Assembly: GCA_001949185.1 (NCBI GenBank)
Contig: BDGG01000001.1
Coordinates: 5,800,103 to 5,864,102, forward strand
Source: Ramazzottius varieornatus
Lineage: Eukaryota > Animalia > Tardigrada
Direction: 5' to 3'
Length of the DNA: 64,000 nt
Shown: in pieces, positions 62,354-64,000 of the stretch
How the letters are laid out: each line of letters begins with the position of its first letter
How positions within the stretch are numbered: the stretch's first letter is position 1
Made by a program: the position numbers and the translations under genes
Notes under the pieces: generated by a model
Databases searched by the model: none
The model's input: the letters and a program-made list of their open reading frames with translations, nothing else
What the model was told of the DNA's origin: nothing

Positions 62354-63947
62354 CTAAACTCGTGCTTTCTTGCTTGTCAGAGACTTCACATTTGATGCCT
62401 TGCGCTTCGATGCTGTGGGACTCTCATCTTTTTCTTTCGTGGCATTTTTCTTTTTCTTTTCAGCTGCAGCCTTTCGTTTTGCTTCAACAGCAGCTTTCTC
62501 TGCCTTCTTCTTCTCATCTTCTTTCTCCAACTCGGCAACAAATTCGGGACCGGTGATCAGCGCACCTGGCTCGGTATTCAGCTGCCTGTTTACCTGTCGT
62601 CGTTGCTTTTTCGGTGCTTCTCCAAACAAGTCCTTCTGCATCACATTGGCCAACACGGCCCCGGGGGTAATACCCTTCTGTTTAAGCTGAATGAACTCCT
62701 TGATATCTTCGAGGTCCTTTTCGGCGGAGATGTTGTACTGGTCTTTCAGTATATTAATCAAAGGACCGAAGTCCTGCTGTATTTCTCGGCGGATTCCGCG
62801 CTCGATTATTTGGGGATCGTGGTGAAGCTTCACCGTTTGTCGTATCACTTCCGGTGAAAACGGGAACAATCCCGTCTTGGCAAACCCAGACTGTAAACTC
62901 TGTCCAACATTGAATGCGTACCTTTCCGTGCATCCTTCGGTTCGGTACCAAAGTTTCACCACGTGCGACAGTAGATTGTCCTTCGTCACCTAAAAGTATG
63001 ACAGTTAAAAGGGAATCCCTATGAACAAAGCGAATATGCAAAAACTGAAAAGCATTCTTGCTCAGCAAAACACTGCTTACTCGTCCTCCTTTGACGAGCT
63101 TTCGGTCACGGAGATACATCTTTCACTTCTTTTTGACACCTCCAAACGCAGACACATCGAACGGTTGGAGATGACTAGTCTGACCAGATGGAAGACAGAA
63201 TATCTCGACCTGCTTTCCCGATTCTTCAAAGAACTGCTTGCAGTACCGTATCAGCCGCAAATTGTTGACGTGGGAATAATGGCCATCCAGAAAGATTACA
63301 GACTCCAATTAAAATAGAATAAAAGAGGATTCCTCGCAATGTCGCAACCAGATGACGTCATAATATTCATAGTGATGCATGCTCGCAAGTTACTAAAAAA
63401 TCGAAATTTTTGTGACGTCATGCTCAAATTCAGCTTACCTTGAGCTCGTTTATAGCAGGAAAGACCTCCTTTCTTATGTAGTTTGCGAAGTGTACAGTGT
63501 CCATGTAGCCGGAAGAGTTGACCGCATGGTAGCAGAGACCGAAGGTGTCATCTAGACGGGACTGCACATGAACTTTTCCTGCGTACAGAGCCATAAATTT
63601 AAGCTGGACTCCAGCAGCATTACCGCATGGTAAAATGGTGACACACTCTTTCTCGTTCCCGTCAAATTGTGAAGGGATCTGATTGACTCCCTCTCTGGCA
63701 ACCACGCGATCGTACATTTCAGATGTATCAAAAGCCGTCTCGTCCAAGTTCCATACTTGCTCCGGTCTTTCGAGGAATCCTCTGTCAAACAAGCTTCGCA
63801 ACCTAGAGATGTACTCCTCACAAAGTTCGGTGGTCCATTCTCGATCTTTCTTCCGGTTGGAAGCGTGAGTAATGCGCAAGGAAACGTCAGGATGGCGGGA
63901 GATGAAGCGGTTAAAAAATGCGTCGTTGAAAGTGGTAGACTGCATCC
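62354..63947 (-). mobile_element. pogo-type (DDE_1) transposase gene containing spliceosomal introns, with one TGG>TGA-type nonsense codon; 5' end off the right edge
   Basis: Exons 63947-63439, 63302-63081 and 62989-62354. FFNRFISRHPDVSLR, VWNLDET, ECVTILPCGNAAG, NSSGYM, IFLDGHYSH, LPSGQTSHLQPFDVSAFGGVKKK*, SGFAKTGLFPFSP and a Lys-rich tail. TGA at 63125-63123. Confidence 0.93.
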
Positions 63948-64000
63948 CTACAATTCAAACATTTTGTGATAAATCGTAATAAAAATGGTAATTACTTTTG

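Noticed and set aside
33537-63125. Recurrent in-frame stops as evidence of an alternative genetic code
   Set aside because: They are mixed TAG and TGA at non-equivalent residues, each explained by one transition, while TGA, TAG and TAA all terminate intact genes in this window.

Overview
Compact, intron-rich animal DNA with roughly 45-47% GC by eye and many 55-100 nt GT-AG introns, so the ORF track shows only fragments. All gene models were assembled by hand from splice sites. Intron size and the natriuretic-peptide-receptor-like paralogs suggest a tardigrade, but that is inference. From left to right the window holds: the 5' part of RasGRF (minus strand, running off the left edge); an intact 7-exon arginase homolog that has lost 5 of 6 Mn ligands; a PKA-RII docking-domain protein with no cAMP-binding domains; and three ANF-receptor-type membrane proteins lacking kinase-homology and guanylyl-cyclase domains (one a pseudogene). 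A ~37 kb stretch follows in which nearly every recognisable host gene encodes a secretory-pathway glycan-modifying enzyme: four stand-alone SGNH (CASD1/PC-esterase-like) proteins, alpha-L-fucosidase, an intronless HtrL/YibB-like protein, a GXYLT-like GT8 and an intronless METTL24/FkbM-like methyltransferase. Several of these carry single fresh lesions. DNA transposons are abundant: two decayed mariner-type elements (one nested in a MITE whose empty copy is also in the window), an intron-containing pogo-type transposase, two hAT MITEs with 8-bp target-site duplications (TSDs), other MITEs and a long foldback. No rRNA, tRNA or CRISPR was seen. Family assignments come from recalled motif comparison, not database searches.
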